Assembly: GCF_001194135.2 (NCBI RefSeq)
Contig: NC_068989.1
Location: 19,478,286-19,542,285 of the forward strand
Length of the DNA: 64,000 nucleotides
Direction: 5' to 3'
Origin: Octopus bimaculoides
Lineage: Eukaryota
Part shown: positions 10,181-22,819 of the stretch, piece by piece
How positions within the stretch are numbered: the stretch's first letter is position 1
How the letters are laid out: each line of letters opens with the position of its first letter
Notes under the pieces: generated by a model
What the model saw: only the letters and a program-made list of their open reading frames with translations
What the model was told of the DNA's origin: nothing
Database searches by the model: none
Translations under genes and position numbers: made by a program

Positions 10181-13100
10181 GAACCTTTACACTGAATAAT
10201 TCATAATTATAGATCTATGTTAAGAGACAATAAATATTTAAAAGAGGTTTCATTAATAAATATGATCGGAATAAAAGTATAATTGAGGATTACTGCCCTT
10301 TATTTTTCGCTTTCTTCAGTATAATAATGCATTGTGCATATTACATTCAGTAGCTGCTGTTTGTAACAAGTTAGTTTTTAATTGAGCAGACTTAATGTCA
10401 AAGGTATTCGAGTCGTGACACTTTACGTCTTTTTTTTTAAAGACGATATTGTATTTTAAGGGAGATTTCCCTGCTATGTCTAGCAGGTCGAATGCCTACA
10501 TAATCTCTCTCACATCTAGTGCTACATCTAAGTATCAAAAAAAAAAAAAATGTCGCTTCTATCACAAATCGAAACTGCCATCGCACATTTTCGTTTGCTT
10601 GAAAATTACGTGTAAAGTGACGACACTCGTAATTCTTGCCTGTTTTCCCCTTTATTTACAAACCACAAAAATTATGTGTATTTATATTACTGGAACACCG
10701 ATACGACAGAAACGCACACAAAAAGGGAGAAAATGCTTCATAATATAGAAAATAATTATAAATGGTGTACGTATGTAAGTGGTATAAAAGATGAGAAGTC
10801 GAGCTCAGTCGGCGAAATATGTAGTATTTATGCACCGAAATTATAACGGTAAAAATATTTATTCGTTCAGGCACGAGGCGTAAAGGTAGCTTCGTTCGAG
10901 TACAACAAATAAAGAACAATAAATGGAATTTGTAAAATTCCTACAAAACTTGGGGGTAGTAGAGGTGCGTTCAATAAAACCGTTTTACTGGCTACTCTAC
11001 TGCTGTTTCATATAGATTTATACGCGTAGGTTGCTGCTGTTTCAAATGTGTTGTTACGTTTAAGTAGATGCTGCAGCGTTTTGTTTATTTTTCATTCGGG
11101 GCTTACGTTTATACAAGCAGAGATTTTATTAAATAAAAATATTTAGCCATCTAATGGGTGATTATTTATACTTTTGTAAAAGAATAAAAAAGAAGTAAAA
11201 TCAAAACTAAAAACTATTAGAACATAAACTTTCGTTTATTTTAGGTACAAATTTCTCATATTCTTTTCTTCTCTCACTCTCTCGTAATAATAATATTGAT
11301 TTTCTGCTTAGGCCGCAAAGTTTCAGGGAAACGAAAAGCTATGGTGCTTATAATTATTCACAAGTGCATTAGCGAAGCGAAATGAAATGGTCCCGACTGT
11401 AATTCGCAGCCATGTTGTAGTTTCATGTCGCCAGTCGATAAGCTCGTTCCAGCGAGAAGGTTATAGCATGGTTCCTGTTTATTGTTCGTTTTGAAAGACA
11501 ACTGGGATCAAAATTCACTTCGTTTTTTGGGAAGAAGGAGAGACGGGGTGACACTAATCATATTGATGAGATTATTTTCTTCCTTTTTTCTTATATATAT
11601 AACTTAATTAAAGATAATAATAAAAACTAGGGGTGAGTGGAGTGGTTTTGAAACTGAGTATCAGATGCACGACCTCATCAGTCAGGAAAGATCTGAAAAG
11701 TCTTGACTCTTTTCTATGGCGAAAAAAAAAAAATAATAAAAGCTCATAAAAATCAGAGATCAACAATGTATATAGTAGGGAACCAACATTTATAATTTAA
11801 TTCCTTGAAGCAAATGAATATGTATTAAAATAATAGAGTATGGTTCATTAAATCAATCATATACTCACCAACCTTTATAAAACGTCATCGTGCTTATTAT
11901 TAATATTTAAAAAATTTATTGATGAGTATTCATAAATTTATCGCATTCATAGATTTATTTAAAATGCATTGATTAATTAATTTAAACTTCACTTATATAC
12001 TACATAAAATAACTAAATTGCTGTTGATTCATTGAGAAGTTCCAAATTGCAGCAATGCCAAGAAATCTGAATCAAAAATCAATAACTTAACAGTATTCTA
12101 TCAAAATATTAAGTTAGCATAAAGATAGGTATCGAGCTTGGTTTTGTTTTAGAACAAAAATCATCAAATTGGTAATTATAAATAAATGAAACGTGTGCAG
12201 TAAATCAATTACTGACATGTGTTTCAAGATATTGGTATAATGCATTTGTCTTATGCCGCTATACTAAGAAATTATTAAAAAAAAAAAAAACCAATAAACC
12301 AGATTTAGCATTTATTAGAGAAATGGAAAACGGAAAAAATATAAATTCGAACATGAGAAAAACAAGAAAGGTGAATAAATATAATATAAACGTGATATTT
12401 ATGGCGTAGTTAATCATCAGTGCTGAGCATTCAAAGAGTTATGTGCCCTTGTCTGAAATTAGTTCCGCCATCCTGTCTTTCTTCGACAAAGCAGAACACT
12501 AAACAGTTATGATGATAATCGTTACTGAAGAGCTTCAGAAATAGTCACATTTAATCAAAACACATCTTAATCATTTGTATGTAACTTTTATGAATATTTG
12601 TTAGTTTGTTGAAGTTACACTTTGTATGTGTTATATCATCAGTTTCACCGAAAGAAAGAAGAAACGAGCAGTTTTTCATTTACGAGAAGAAAGTAAACTG
12701 AGCTGGAATCAACGTAATTTTTACAAATTTTATTTAGTTTATTTTACTTGCTAGTTATAAATTTGTTATCCACTAACTTACTATTATTTTTGGACAGTGT
12801 TTATTTTCTTCTTTTTGTTTATACTTTAGGGTTACGCCACTCCAAAGAGTTATGTTCTCTTGTCATCTCCGTTTCTTTGTAGATACGTCGCAACGCAGCG
12901 CGCGAAAATAGCATCTGAGACCTACGTGCATTAGCTGCTTGACTGTCTTTTCTTTCTCTTTTCATTTATTTTTAATGAAAAAAAAACCCCTACCTAAAAG
13001 ATCTTAACAATATATCGAAACAAATAACGAACTAACATTAATCGTATATGATTACCAAAACAAAAGAAAATAGCATGTAAAAGCAAAAAGAACGATCCCA

Positions 13101-13249
13101 CCAAGTGCTGAATATTCCATCCGCTGAACAACACTTTAGTTTACTTTCCTTTTTGTTCCTTTCCCCACATATATTTTTTCTCTCTTTCATAATATTGGCT
13201 GAATCTAAAGCGGGCTAAAATCTATAAAGCGTGCTAAATTTATAAAGCG

Positions 13250-13255
13250 GTAAGT
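13250..13255 (+). promoter_or_regulatory. Candidate 5' splice donor (GCG|GTAAGT) of a non-coding leader exon
   Basis: Strong donor consensus inside the CpG-rich zone upstream of the ZnF gene. There is no transcript evidence. Confidence 0.3.
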
Positions 13256-14074
13256 ATGCTGTTTATAGAATCTTCATATTTATTCTAAAACTACTTGGTA
13301 TATTTTGATATCGACTCTTCTTTTTCTCAGTATTGTTTTTAATCCTCTGTCACTCCTGATTTTGTTTGCTTTGTGTACGTGTGTTCTGCCGAACACACGT
13401 ACACATTGCATTCCGCCTATGTGACTTAAGTTTTATTAACTGCTTCATACAGACTGAGGAATCGGTTTAGAGCTAAAACGCCAGAAATTGCAATTTTATT
13501 TTCGTCTCCCTGTAATTTCTTTGCCTTCATCATGCAAAGAAAGCCGTCAAGTTGTAACCTCATTTGTCTCCCCGAAAATACACACGTGTGTACCAAGGCT
13601 TTATTAAACCGCCAACTGTTTTAACTCAAAACGTGCTCGACTCTGTGAGCATATATATATATATATATGGTGTGTGTGTTAGGGAAATAAATTATTTTAT
13701 GGATAATTTTTTTAAGGTTTGAGATATAGTAGAACTAGTAATTATACGGTAGGTCACTCAAAAGTGTTTTATCTTCACTATATGATATATATTACCATGT
13801 CAGATTCTCGTATTTATATCAATTACTTTTTTTGTTGTAGATATGGGTGTATATCTATCTTTTTATACACATACATGTTTTGAATGAAAATTGCAAGATA
13901 ACCAAATGTTTTGTAAATTTGTTGGTTTAACACACATAACGCGGGTATAAATGCTTGTTTATTATTTTATGCGTAAAAATTAAGAAACTACTAAACAAAT
14001 ATGTGGTGAGAGCAGTGTTGTCTGTTATTCACCTTGATACCTACATGAAACCATGGTATGGATTTAAATATGTA

Positions 14075-14124
<50 letters not shown>

Positions 14125-15313
14125 ATGTATATATATATGATTGCATGTCTGTATATATGCATGTATGTATATATATGCATGTGTGTGTGTGTATATATAT
14201 ATCTATATATATATATTAAATTATGGGATGACCCAGGAAGTTATACTAATTTCTTGTTATCAAAACTGACTCGTAAGTGTATTGTGGTCTTTGCAATGCA
14301 CAATTCATAAACATTAATTTTTTAATTTTATATTTTCTTAGATGTTTCGGAGACTTACTCTTCAAAAATGTCAAGAAATTTCGGTTCATGCCCCCCCCCC
14401 CGCCTTCAACGTTTTAATATGTCGTTTGAAACAAAAGTAGGGGTAGGATGATAGGATAGTATCCCATATTAAAGAAAAAAAGATGAGACTTTGATGCGTA
14501 TGTTTAGGACTGAAAAGCGTTTGAAACTTAATAATCAAAACATATTCATTCGACACGCATTTTCTTTATTTTGCGAGCATACTCACTCACACATAGACAA
14601 CTGAATTTACAAACGAGGAGAATTGTTAATATAAGTTTTTAGTCAAATCACACACGCATACGAGACAACAAGGAAACATTTAAGCTAGAAATAGCAGCAA
14701 AATCTCGATCAAATNNNNNNNNNNNNNNNNNNNNNNNNNNNNNNNNNNNNNNNNNNNNNNNNNNNNNNNNNNNNNNNNNNNNNNNNNNNNNNNNNNNNNN
14801 NNNNNNNNNNNNNNNNNNNNNNNNNNNNNNNNNNNNNNNNAGAGCTGAAATTTAAAAATTAGACGGTATGGTACTGTGGTGCGATAAGAAAATGTAGGTG
14901 ATGCTTTAGGGCACGGCCTCTTCTTATTTGTTTCCCGTTAAAGAATTACCGACAGCTCGGCTTGACACAGTGTAAATTCCCTTTAGTTTTGACCAAGTCG
15001 GTTTCTTGCAAACAAAACGGAACATTACCGTTATTTTGGGGTTGTGTGAGAGATTTTTTAGTGCTTTGTGTACATAGAAGAAATGAGATCAATGACATGT
15101 AAATGTGTATGTATTTACGAGCATGTGTATATTGCAGTTGATGGTGTCTTGTGGTTTCTCATACCACGAAAATGTAATCAAAGCTGTTAGATAAAATCAA
15201 ATGGAATATTATTTTTAAAGCTGGGTCTACATTAGTAGGTACTCGGGAGTTTTTTCGGGTTTTAAAATAAACGGTATTTGTGGGTTTATAACGCGCGCGT
15301 GCGCGCACACATA

Positions 15314-15388
15314 TTGACTTAGAAGTTTCGCTAGTGTTTGGCTTCGTCGAGCTAACGAAGCCAACTGCTGGCGAAACTTCGAAGACAA
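15314..15388 (+). ncRNA. pri-miRNA-like hairpin (candidate)
   Basis: 26-position upper stem 15322-15347 with 15355-15380 (3 G-U pairs, 1 mismatch), a 7-nt loop, and a further lower stem out to 15314/15388. Confidence 0.4.
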
Positions 15389-16066
15389 AACTATTACAGA
15401 TATTTGACTGTATACACTTGCGATAAATCCTTTCTTTGGTTATAATGTTCGATTTTTATAATAGTATATATATAAAAAAATATCCAGATGAGAAATAGTA
15501 AGCAAGTGTATACACGTAATAATTTCGGGAAAGCGGTGCAGGTATAAACCTGCAATATTGGGGACCGTAAAGGGGGTGGGGAAATCCACTTTGTTTTCCT
15601 GTAGCTATTCCTCAACAGTATTGTTGAAAATAAGGCATTTGTTGTTTGCTACACGCCCCACCACCCAGTTCATTTCGAAAAGTAAACAAAAATATTTGAA
15701 AGTTTTCAGAAGAGGAATTTATGAATGGAGTTATCCGTTCCATTACTATCGATAATATTCAAAAATGATTCAAAATCTCTAATGCTTTGAACATTAATAA
15801 CCATTAAAAGCTAAATAGCCATAAAACAGTTAAAGGGAAAAAAAGAGGAAAAAAATCAATTATCTTTATTTTTCAAGGCGGAACCCTAATATGGCTGCAG
15901 TCTAATGATTGAAATGAGTAAAAAAGATGAAAATTATTGGGATATTGAAATGATTTACCTATTTCGATGCATTTACTTACATGAGGGCCTGGTTTTATTT
16001 TTGTACATTTCCTATTGATACTTAATTATTGTGCCACTTTCATCAAAGAATACCCTAGACATGTGC

Positions 16067-16101
<35 letters not shown>

Positions 16102-16428
16102 TATATGCACGAAGAGGCAACAATGCAGAGTTTGATAGTGCTCTTTAGTGTTGCTGATGGCAAGGCAATCTCTAGAGTGCTGGTGTCACAAAAAATTGCA
16201 TCCAGTGCATTCTAAAGGAGTTGCTTTTAGAAGGGTATCTATTCGTAGAAACCATGCTAAAAATGACCATTGTGTTTTTTGTAAAAGATTTTTGAAAGAC
16301 TATGGCATAAACTGGAAACATCTTTTCATATTGAGCGTAAATGTTTTTGTTGAGCAATGAAACAGCTTGCACACAATACAAAAACCTCTTTCCAAAAGAT
16401 TTGTGTCAGTCTATTTTTCAAATTTTTT

Positions 16429-16697
16429 TTAATCCTTATGCATTCAGATTATTCTGTTAACTGTAATCCTTTGACTGTATTTTCAACAATGATGTTGAGA
16501 CGTAGCTACAGGAAAACAAAGTTATTTTGAATTAATCTTGCATTATCTTGAAGCTTTGATTTTTTTTGATGATCTGATTGTTTATTTTTAGAATGATATT
16601 GTTGGGTAGGTTTGAGAGGCCAGATCTGGCCAATCTGAACATAAAACAAGTAGAATATTTGGGCTGGATATGACTAGTATAAATGCTAAAGGGTTAA
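16429..16697. mobile_element. TTAA-flanked piggyBac-type MITE, family 1
   Basis: TTAA-TCCTTATGCATT...AATGCTAAAGGG-TTAA; the internal sequence is shared with four other copies. Confidence 0.75.
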
Positions 16698-17435
16698 ATA
16701 CTTAACGTTTAAAAGAAAAATCTTCCTTTAAATATTGTGACTGCATCAAGTATATTTGCAAAAATGTTTTATATATATATATATACATACACACACACAC
16801 ACACACACACACATCTATATATATACTAGCAGCTTAGCCCAGTTTCACCCTGTTGGTTTGGATGATGTGGCTGTAAAACCTGTTCTGTGTAAGCATCCAA
16901 CTTGTTTGGGCACACTTATACTAAAAAACAATTTTAGAATGACTTTTCTGTCAAAACGCTAAAAATAACTAACCAACAAAAAAAAAAAAAAACCAATCAT
17001 GATTCAACCAAATCAAAAAATAAACCCGAATACTAAGTGAACAAAGATAAACAATCTCATTTCTATTCTGTGCGCGCACGCACACACACACATTCACATA
17101 CTCCACCTTTTACATACACATATATTCACACAGAGTTGAAACGCTGTTTGATTTATTTTTTTTCAGCATACAATTTTCAAAATCCCACTACCAAGTATGA
17201 CATCACCCCTTCCTTCCTCATTCATCTATCACCCCTTCCTTTCTTATTCATAATCACAAAAGTATTATTATAGTAGATTATCTCGGTAACCATAGGAGCT
17301 ATAAAAAAATACAAAACCCAGTATCACCACCGGATCATTCTACACATCTGTGTAATTTTTCATGCAATTCCACCCTGCTGTTTGACCGTGAATCCCAAGA
17401 CAAGAAAGAATCGCCCATGTCAAATTTATATGTAT

Positions 17436-17667
17436 ACTCTTACTCTTTTACTCGTTTCAGTCATTTGACTGTGGCCATGCTGGAGCACCGCCTTTAGTCG
17501 AGCAAATCGACCCCAGGACTTATTTTTTGTAAGCCTGGTACTTATTCTATCGGTCTCTATTGCCGAACCGCTAAGTTACGGGGACGTTAACACACCAGCA
17601 TCGGTTGTCAAGCGATGTTGGGGGGACAAACACAGACACACAAACATATACACACACACATACATAC

Positions 17668-17726
<59 letters not shown>

Positions 17727-17883
17727 CGACGGCCTTCTTTCAGTTTCCGTCTACCAAATCCACTCACAAGGCTTTGGTCGGCCCGAGGCTATAGTAGAAG
17801 ACACTTGCCCAAGGTGCCACGCAGTGGGACTGAACCTGGAGCCATGTGGTTGGTAAGCAAGCTACTTATCACACAGCCACTCC
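17436..17883 (-). mobile_element. SINE family A, full length
   Basis: Complete head, core, microsatellite and tail, with little divergence from the other copies. Confidence 0.95.
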
Positions 17884-18224
17884 TATATAATATATATAAT
17901 TGTCCATGTTAGTCTTTCCATGCTGGCATATATTGTATAGATGAGCGAGCAGAGGTACTGACTAAATAGATTGATAATTGAGGACCGTGTCTTGCTTCTC
18001 TGTCTCATTTTTAATGTTTTCTACAGTTGAATGCTTGAATACCCTTCCTATTGCCAGCAGCTTTAGAGGAGTATACTACTTGCATGTTACTGCTGAACAA
18101 ACATAAGAGTTGTTAAGCCTCTTACCTCATAAAAATAGTGTCCTCTTTATCATTTATAGTCTCTGTTTGTTTACCAGTAATAGAATATTCTCATCCCTGA
18201 TAGGTTTAAGAAAGAACCACCTGA

Positions 18225-18416
18225 CTGGCCTTCGTGCTGGGAGCACGTAAAAGCACCCACTACACTCTCGGAGTGTTTGGTGTTAGGAAGGGCATCCAGC
18301 TGTAGAAACTCTGCCAAATCAGATTGGAGCCTGGTGTAGCCATCTGGTTCACCAGTCCTCAGTCAAATCATCCAACCCATGCTAGCATGGAAGGCGGACG
18401 TTAAACGATGATGATG
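18225..18416 (+). mobile_element. RTE terminal unit with (GAT)n tail
   Basis: Matches the RTE 3' ends. Confidence 0.85.
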
Positions 18417-18652
18417 GGGGGGGGGGGGACTAAAACAAATAAGTGCTAAAAGGGTACTGCATGTTTGATGGTTGTGGGGTAAGGAGATTGGAAATGGCAT
18501 GTGTGGAGTAATGGGAAAAGAGTAAATGCTGAGGTAGAAAATGTGAAGAGAGTGGTGGATATCAAAATGAATGATAGAACTGGGTGTATTAGAGAAGAAG
18601 GATGACAGTGAGTGATACGGTAGGAAGTATTGGAAGGAAAGAAAGTGATGGT

Positions 18653-19038
18653 TACTCTTTTACTTGTTTCAGCTATTTGACTGCAGCCATGCTGGAGCAC
18701 CACCTTTAGTCGAGCAAATCGACCCCAGGACTTATTCTTTGTAAGCCTAGTACTTATTCTATCGGTCTCTTTTGCCGAACCGCTAAGTTACAGGGACGCA
18801 AACACACCAGCATCGGTTGTTAAGCGATGTTGGGGGACAAACACTGACACACAAACACATATATATACATATACATATATACGACGGGCTTCTTTCAGTT
18901 TCCGTCTTCCAAATCCACTCACAAGGCTTTGGTCGGCCCGAGGCTATAGTAGAAGACACTTGCCCAAGGTGCCACACAGTGGGACTGAACCCAGAACCAT
19001 ATGGTTGGTAAGCAAGCTACTTACCACACAGCCACTCC
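18653..19038 (-). mobile_element. SINE family A, full length
   Basis: Same structure as 17436-17883. Confidence 0.95.
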
Positions 19039-19254
19039 TAGCTAAAAAAATTTTTTTAAATTTTTAGTTAATGTGCAATCTCATCTGACAGGTATGAAGA
19101 TAGGAGAAATACAAGATACTAGGAATACAAATTGATAGTAGAGTGACAGGTTCAGGGCATTTAGTGTACACTTTATATTGGTATGTATATGTGTATATAT
19201 GAACGAGCATGTATAAATGTATCTGTGTGTACATATATATATATAAGTATATGT

Positions 19255-19530
19255 GCGTGTAAAAAGCATCCAGTCTACACTGTAAAGTGGTTGGCGTTTG
19301 GAAGGGCATCCAGCTGTAAAAACCATTCCAAAACTGACTTTGCCTGTGCTGGTGCCATGTAAAAAGCATTCAGTTCACTCTGTGAGGTAGTTGGTGTTAG
19401 GAAGGACATCCAGCCGTAAAAACCATGCCAAAAAGGACACTGAAATCTGGTGCAGTCTTATACCTAGCCAGCTCCTGTTAAACTGTCCAACACATGCCAG
19501 CATGGAAAGCAGATGTTAAATGAGGATGAT
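19255..19530 (+). mobile_element. RTE terminal unit with internal duplication
   Basis: The GGAAGGGCATCCAGC block is repeated, and the copy ends GATGTTAAATGAGGATGAT. Confidence 0.75.
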
Positions 19531-20825
19531 ATATTGTTTATGTACTTGTTTTCAAGTTTCTTAATGCAAACTTGTGAGTTGAAACAGATGTTCCTTGGGA
19601 GGGTCATTATGCCTATAATAAACACACACACAGATCTATTTCATTCCTTTATTATTTGTCAATTGGTTAACTGTTTAGCCAGTTAACTAATTAGTTCTTT
19701 GATTAATTATTTAGTTAATCAATCAGTTATGTTTGCCGAAGTCCTTTCATTGGCATTTGCAATCTCATTAGTAACATGATCTCTCTACTCCAGGTCAGCT
19801 TCAGGGTTGTCTATCTTTTAGTTTTTAGGTTCTGTATTTATGTAGTTGTATGGATGTGAGAGGGTGTGCATATATGAACATGTACTGATGTGCATTTGAA
19901 TGGCATAGTTCATTCTGGGAATAAATGTGTTAGATGTATGTGTGCATTGGCGTATGTATATGGTGTGGAATTTGTGAAAAGTGTGGATGGTAAAACATTT
20001 CTGTATATCTTTATTTTATTCATTAGTGCTTTTGTCTGTTTGATTGGTGCGTATATCATCCAACTGTGTTACTTTTATTTGGGATGGTACAACAACTGCA
20101 TATTATTGGGGAAACTGCCAGGAGTATATCAGGGAGAATGGAAGTACATTAAAACAAATATTGTGATAAGAAACCTAAATATGATGGCATACTGAATAGC
20201 ATAAGCATAAAGATCTTAACAATAGATATATGAAATTATGCTAATAAATTAATGGAAACCATCACTTAATAATATAAGAAAAAAACTTAAAATGTAGAGA
20301 CCATACCATCACTACCTATAAACATATGTGTATATTTATATGTATATGTGTGCATATGTATGTGTATAGGTTTGTGTTTCTGCATATGTGTGTATATGAA
20401 TATATATGCATATATTTGTATGTCCATGTGTATATGTAAATGTATATATATGTATGTAAATCTATCTACTTATGATATATGTACACAACCCCTAATAGAG
20501 TTATTAGAAGGGAGATAATTATTTTGCTAATTTGAAATTGTAATTAAGGAATAATAAGGAAAAGGTACATAGAATTCAGATATTTAATTTCTTGTGTTTA
20601 CTTAATACAAAGTTTAAAAAAATTTTAATCATTGTTAATCATGTATTGAACTATTTCATTCTTCAGAAATTCTCAGTATGACATAACCTGTGACTTATTA
20701 ATGAAATATTTTATGAAGTGAGACATTTCACAAATGGTTGAAATAATTACAGTCTAGAGGAATTACATAGAATGTTTTATTTTTCTTCTTACAATATAAG
20801 TGAAATAGAAAGTTCTTAGGGGAAT

Positions 20826-21703
20826 TATTTTTTTCTTGGCCTTATTTTGAAGAGTGTGGCTGTGTCATACTGGAGAATAACACCTTTTCTGTTTACCAAA
20901 GCTACCCATGTTTGACATAATTTTTCATTTACACAATCAAGTTGTTGGCAAGAGACATCTACATTGATGGTTCTTCCATGTTCCTGTAGCATGGATTTCT
21001 GGTTTTGGTGTTGGCACTGGCCTCTTGTTATATGATAACCATTGTCTTTTTTGTTTTTTGTTGTGATGCAAAACCCATTTTTCATCACTTGTAACAACAC
21101 GCTGCAAAAATGACAGGTTGTTATTCCTGGTTAGAACACTGTTGCAGATGGAATGTTGTGTTCAGTTCTCAAGCATAAGCTCATGTGGAACCCAAATTCC
21201 CTCTTTGCATATTTTCCTAATTTGCTCAAGGTGTTTGAGTTGAATACAACACATAAAATCGTTGTGTCAAACCTCTGGCACTTTGACTTGGATCTGACAC
21301 AAAAGTTTCATTCAGAAGTTCATCATTCAGAGTGGATTATCTTCCATTAGCAAGGCTTGTCAGATATGTCACAGTCACCATCTTTAAACGTTTTAAACCA
21401 TGGCTGACATGTACAAGCTTTCATTACATCCAGATACACTTCACAAATGTTTCCCATTGCTTCTGTAGTGGTAGTTTTCTTTCAAAACTCATGTAGTTAG
21501 CAATGGCAAATATGCTGTTTTATAAAGTTCTTATCCTCCATGGGGTTTATTACTGAAATAAATGAATAACACACTGTCAGATAGAAGAGATGATATACTA
21601 TTTCTAGACAGTTCCTACCCATTCAACCATGGCTCTGGTGTGATTGGTTGGTTTATATTTCAAAGTGGTGAAAAAACGCAATTACTTTCTGAACATGCTA
21701 ATA
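20826..21703 (-). mobile_element. mariner (Tc1/mariner) transposon relic, 3'-truncated
   Basis: WVPHEL motif at 21177-21194; TINVDVSCQQLDCVNEKL...LVNRKGVILQYD catalytic-domain segment; Hsmar1-like TIR TA-TTAGCATGTTCAGAAAGTAATTGCGTTTT at 21671-21703; many frameshifts. Confidence 0.85.
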
Positions 21704-22319
21704 TTTTGGAATATGTAGTTTTTTTTTTTTTCAAAATAATTTGATTACAATAATCTGTTTCACAATGCACTTTGTTTTTGTTTCTTTTATCCACGTTTAA
21801 GTGGCAATAAACATTACTTTTTAGTATAAATACTGCTTCCATCTCTAATAGAGATTTTCTTAATAGACTAGTTTGGTTGTTGCAAAACCAGTGACTGTGT
21901 GACACTGTTTTTTCTATATATTGCAAGCTGGATTAGACAACTGCACTGTCTATCAGATGAATATCCATCACTGAATATGATCTAACAAGATCAAAATCAC
22001 ATGATCTGGTGGTCTCTCTGCTTGCAATATATATCGAGTGCGAAGCACACTGACTGGCTAGCTGGAGGAAGCATCCTTCTGGGGTAAAATAGCAGAATTG
22101 TCTGCTCTTACAGAACACCCACGTTCAAGTGGTGATAAGTGGTGATAAACATTTCTTCTCAGCATAAATACTGCTTCCATCTCTAATAGAGATTTTCTTA
22201 GTAAACTAGTTTTCTAGTTATAATAATATACTTTTGGAATTAATTGATTGCACTGTAAAAGGAAAACCGCATTTTCTAATTTTTCCACATCTCTTGACTC
22301 ATGTGGAATATTTTAAACC

Positions 22320-22428
22320 TCTTTCTCTCTCTCTCTCCTCTCTCTCTCTCTTTCCTCTCTCTCTCTCTTTCCTCTCTCTCTCTCTTTCCTCTCTCTCTCT
22401 TTCCTCTCTCTCTCTTTCCTCTCTCTTT

Positions 22429-22462
<34 letters not shown>

Positions 22463-22478
22463 TCCCCCCCCTCTTTCT
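22320..22478. repeat. Interrupted (CT)n polypyrimidine tract
   Basis: Seen directly. Confidence 0.95.
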
Positions 22479-22819
22479 CATATATAAACAATCACACAAC
22501 AGGCTTCCACACAGCTTTCGTCTACCAAATTCATTTACCAGGCATTGGTCAGTCTCAGGCAATGGTAGTAGACACTTGGCCAACGTGCTCATTTGAACCT
22601 TGCTAACCTCAAGTGTAGTTAATAAACCACCTTATTGATATTACCAGCTTATAGATTGGGAAATAAATTTAATATCCTGGTCAGGAACCCTGAATAAGTG
22701 ATTTTTACAAGATTTTTTTTGTATGGTTCTTATTAAAATATCTTCGCTTAACTGATGCAATGCCCTACTACTTTGTGAATTTCATACCATGTGTGTGTAT
22801 GTATACACCCACACATACA

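Larger units (their letters stand above)
6240..15800. promoter_or_regulatory. CpG-retaining (probably unmethylated) intergenic/promoter domain
   Basis: CG dinucleotides are visibly frequent here and scarce in non-TE sequence on both sides. This is an estimate by eye and was not counted. Confidence 0.5.

Noticed and set aside
12432-12864. 22-bp direct repeat CAAAGAGTTATGT...CTTGTC at 12432 and 12843
   Set aside because: It resembles a common subterminal motif of mollusc non-autonomous DNA transposons, and no further structure was found.
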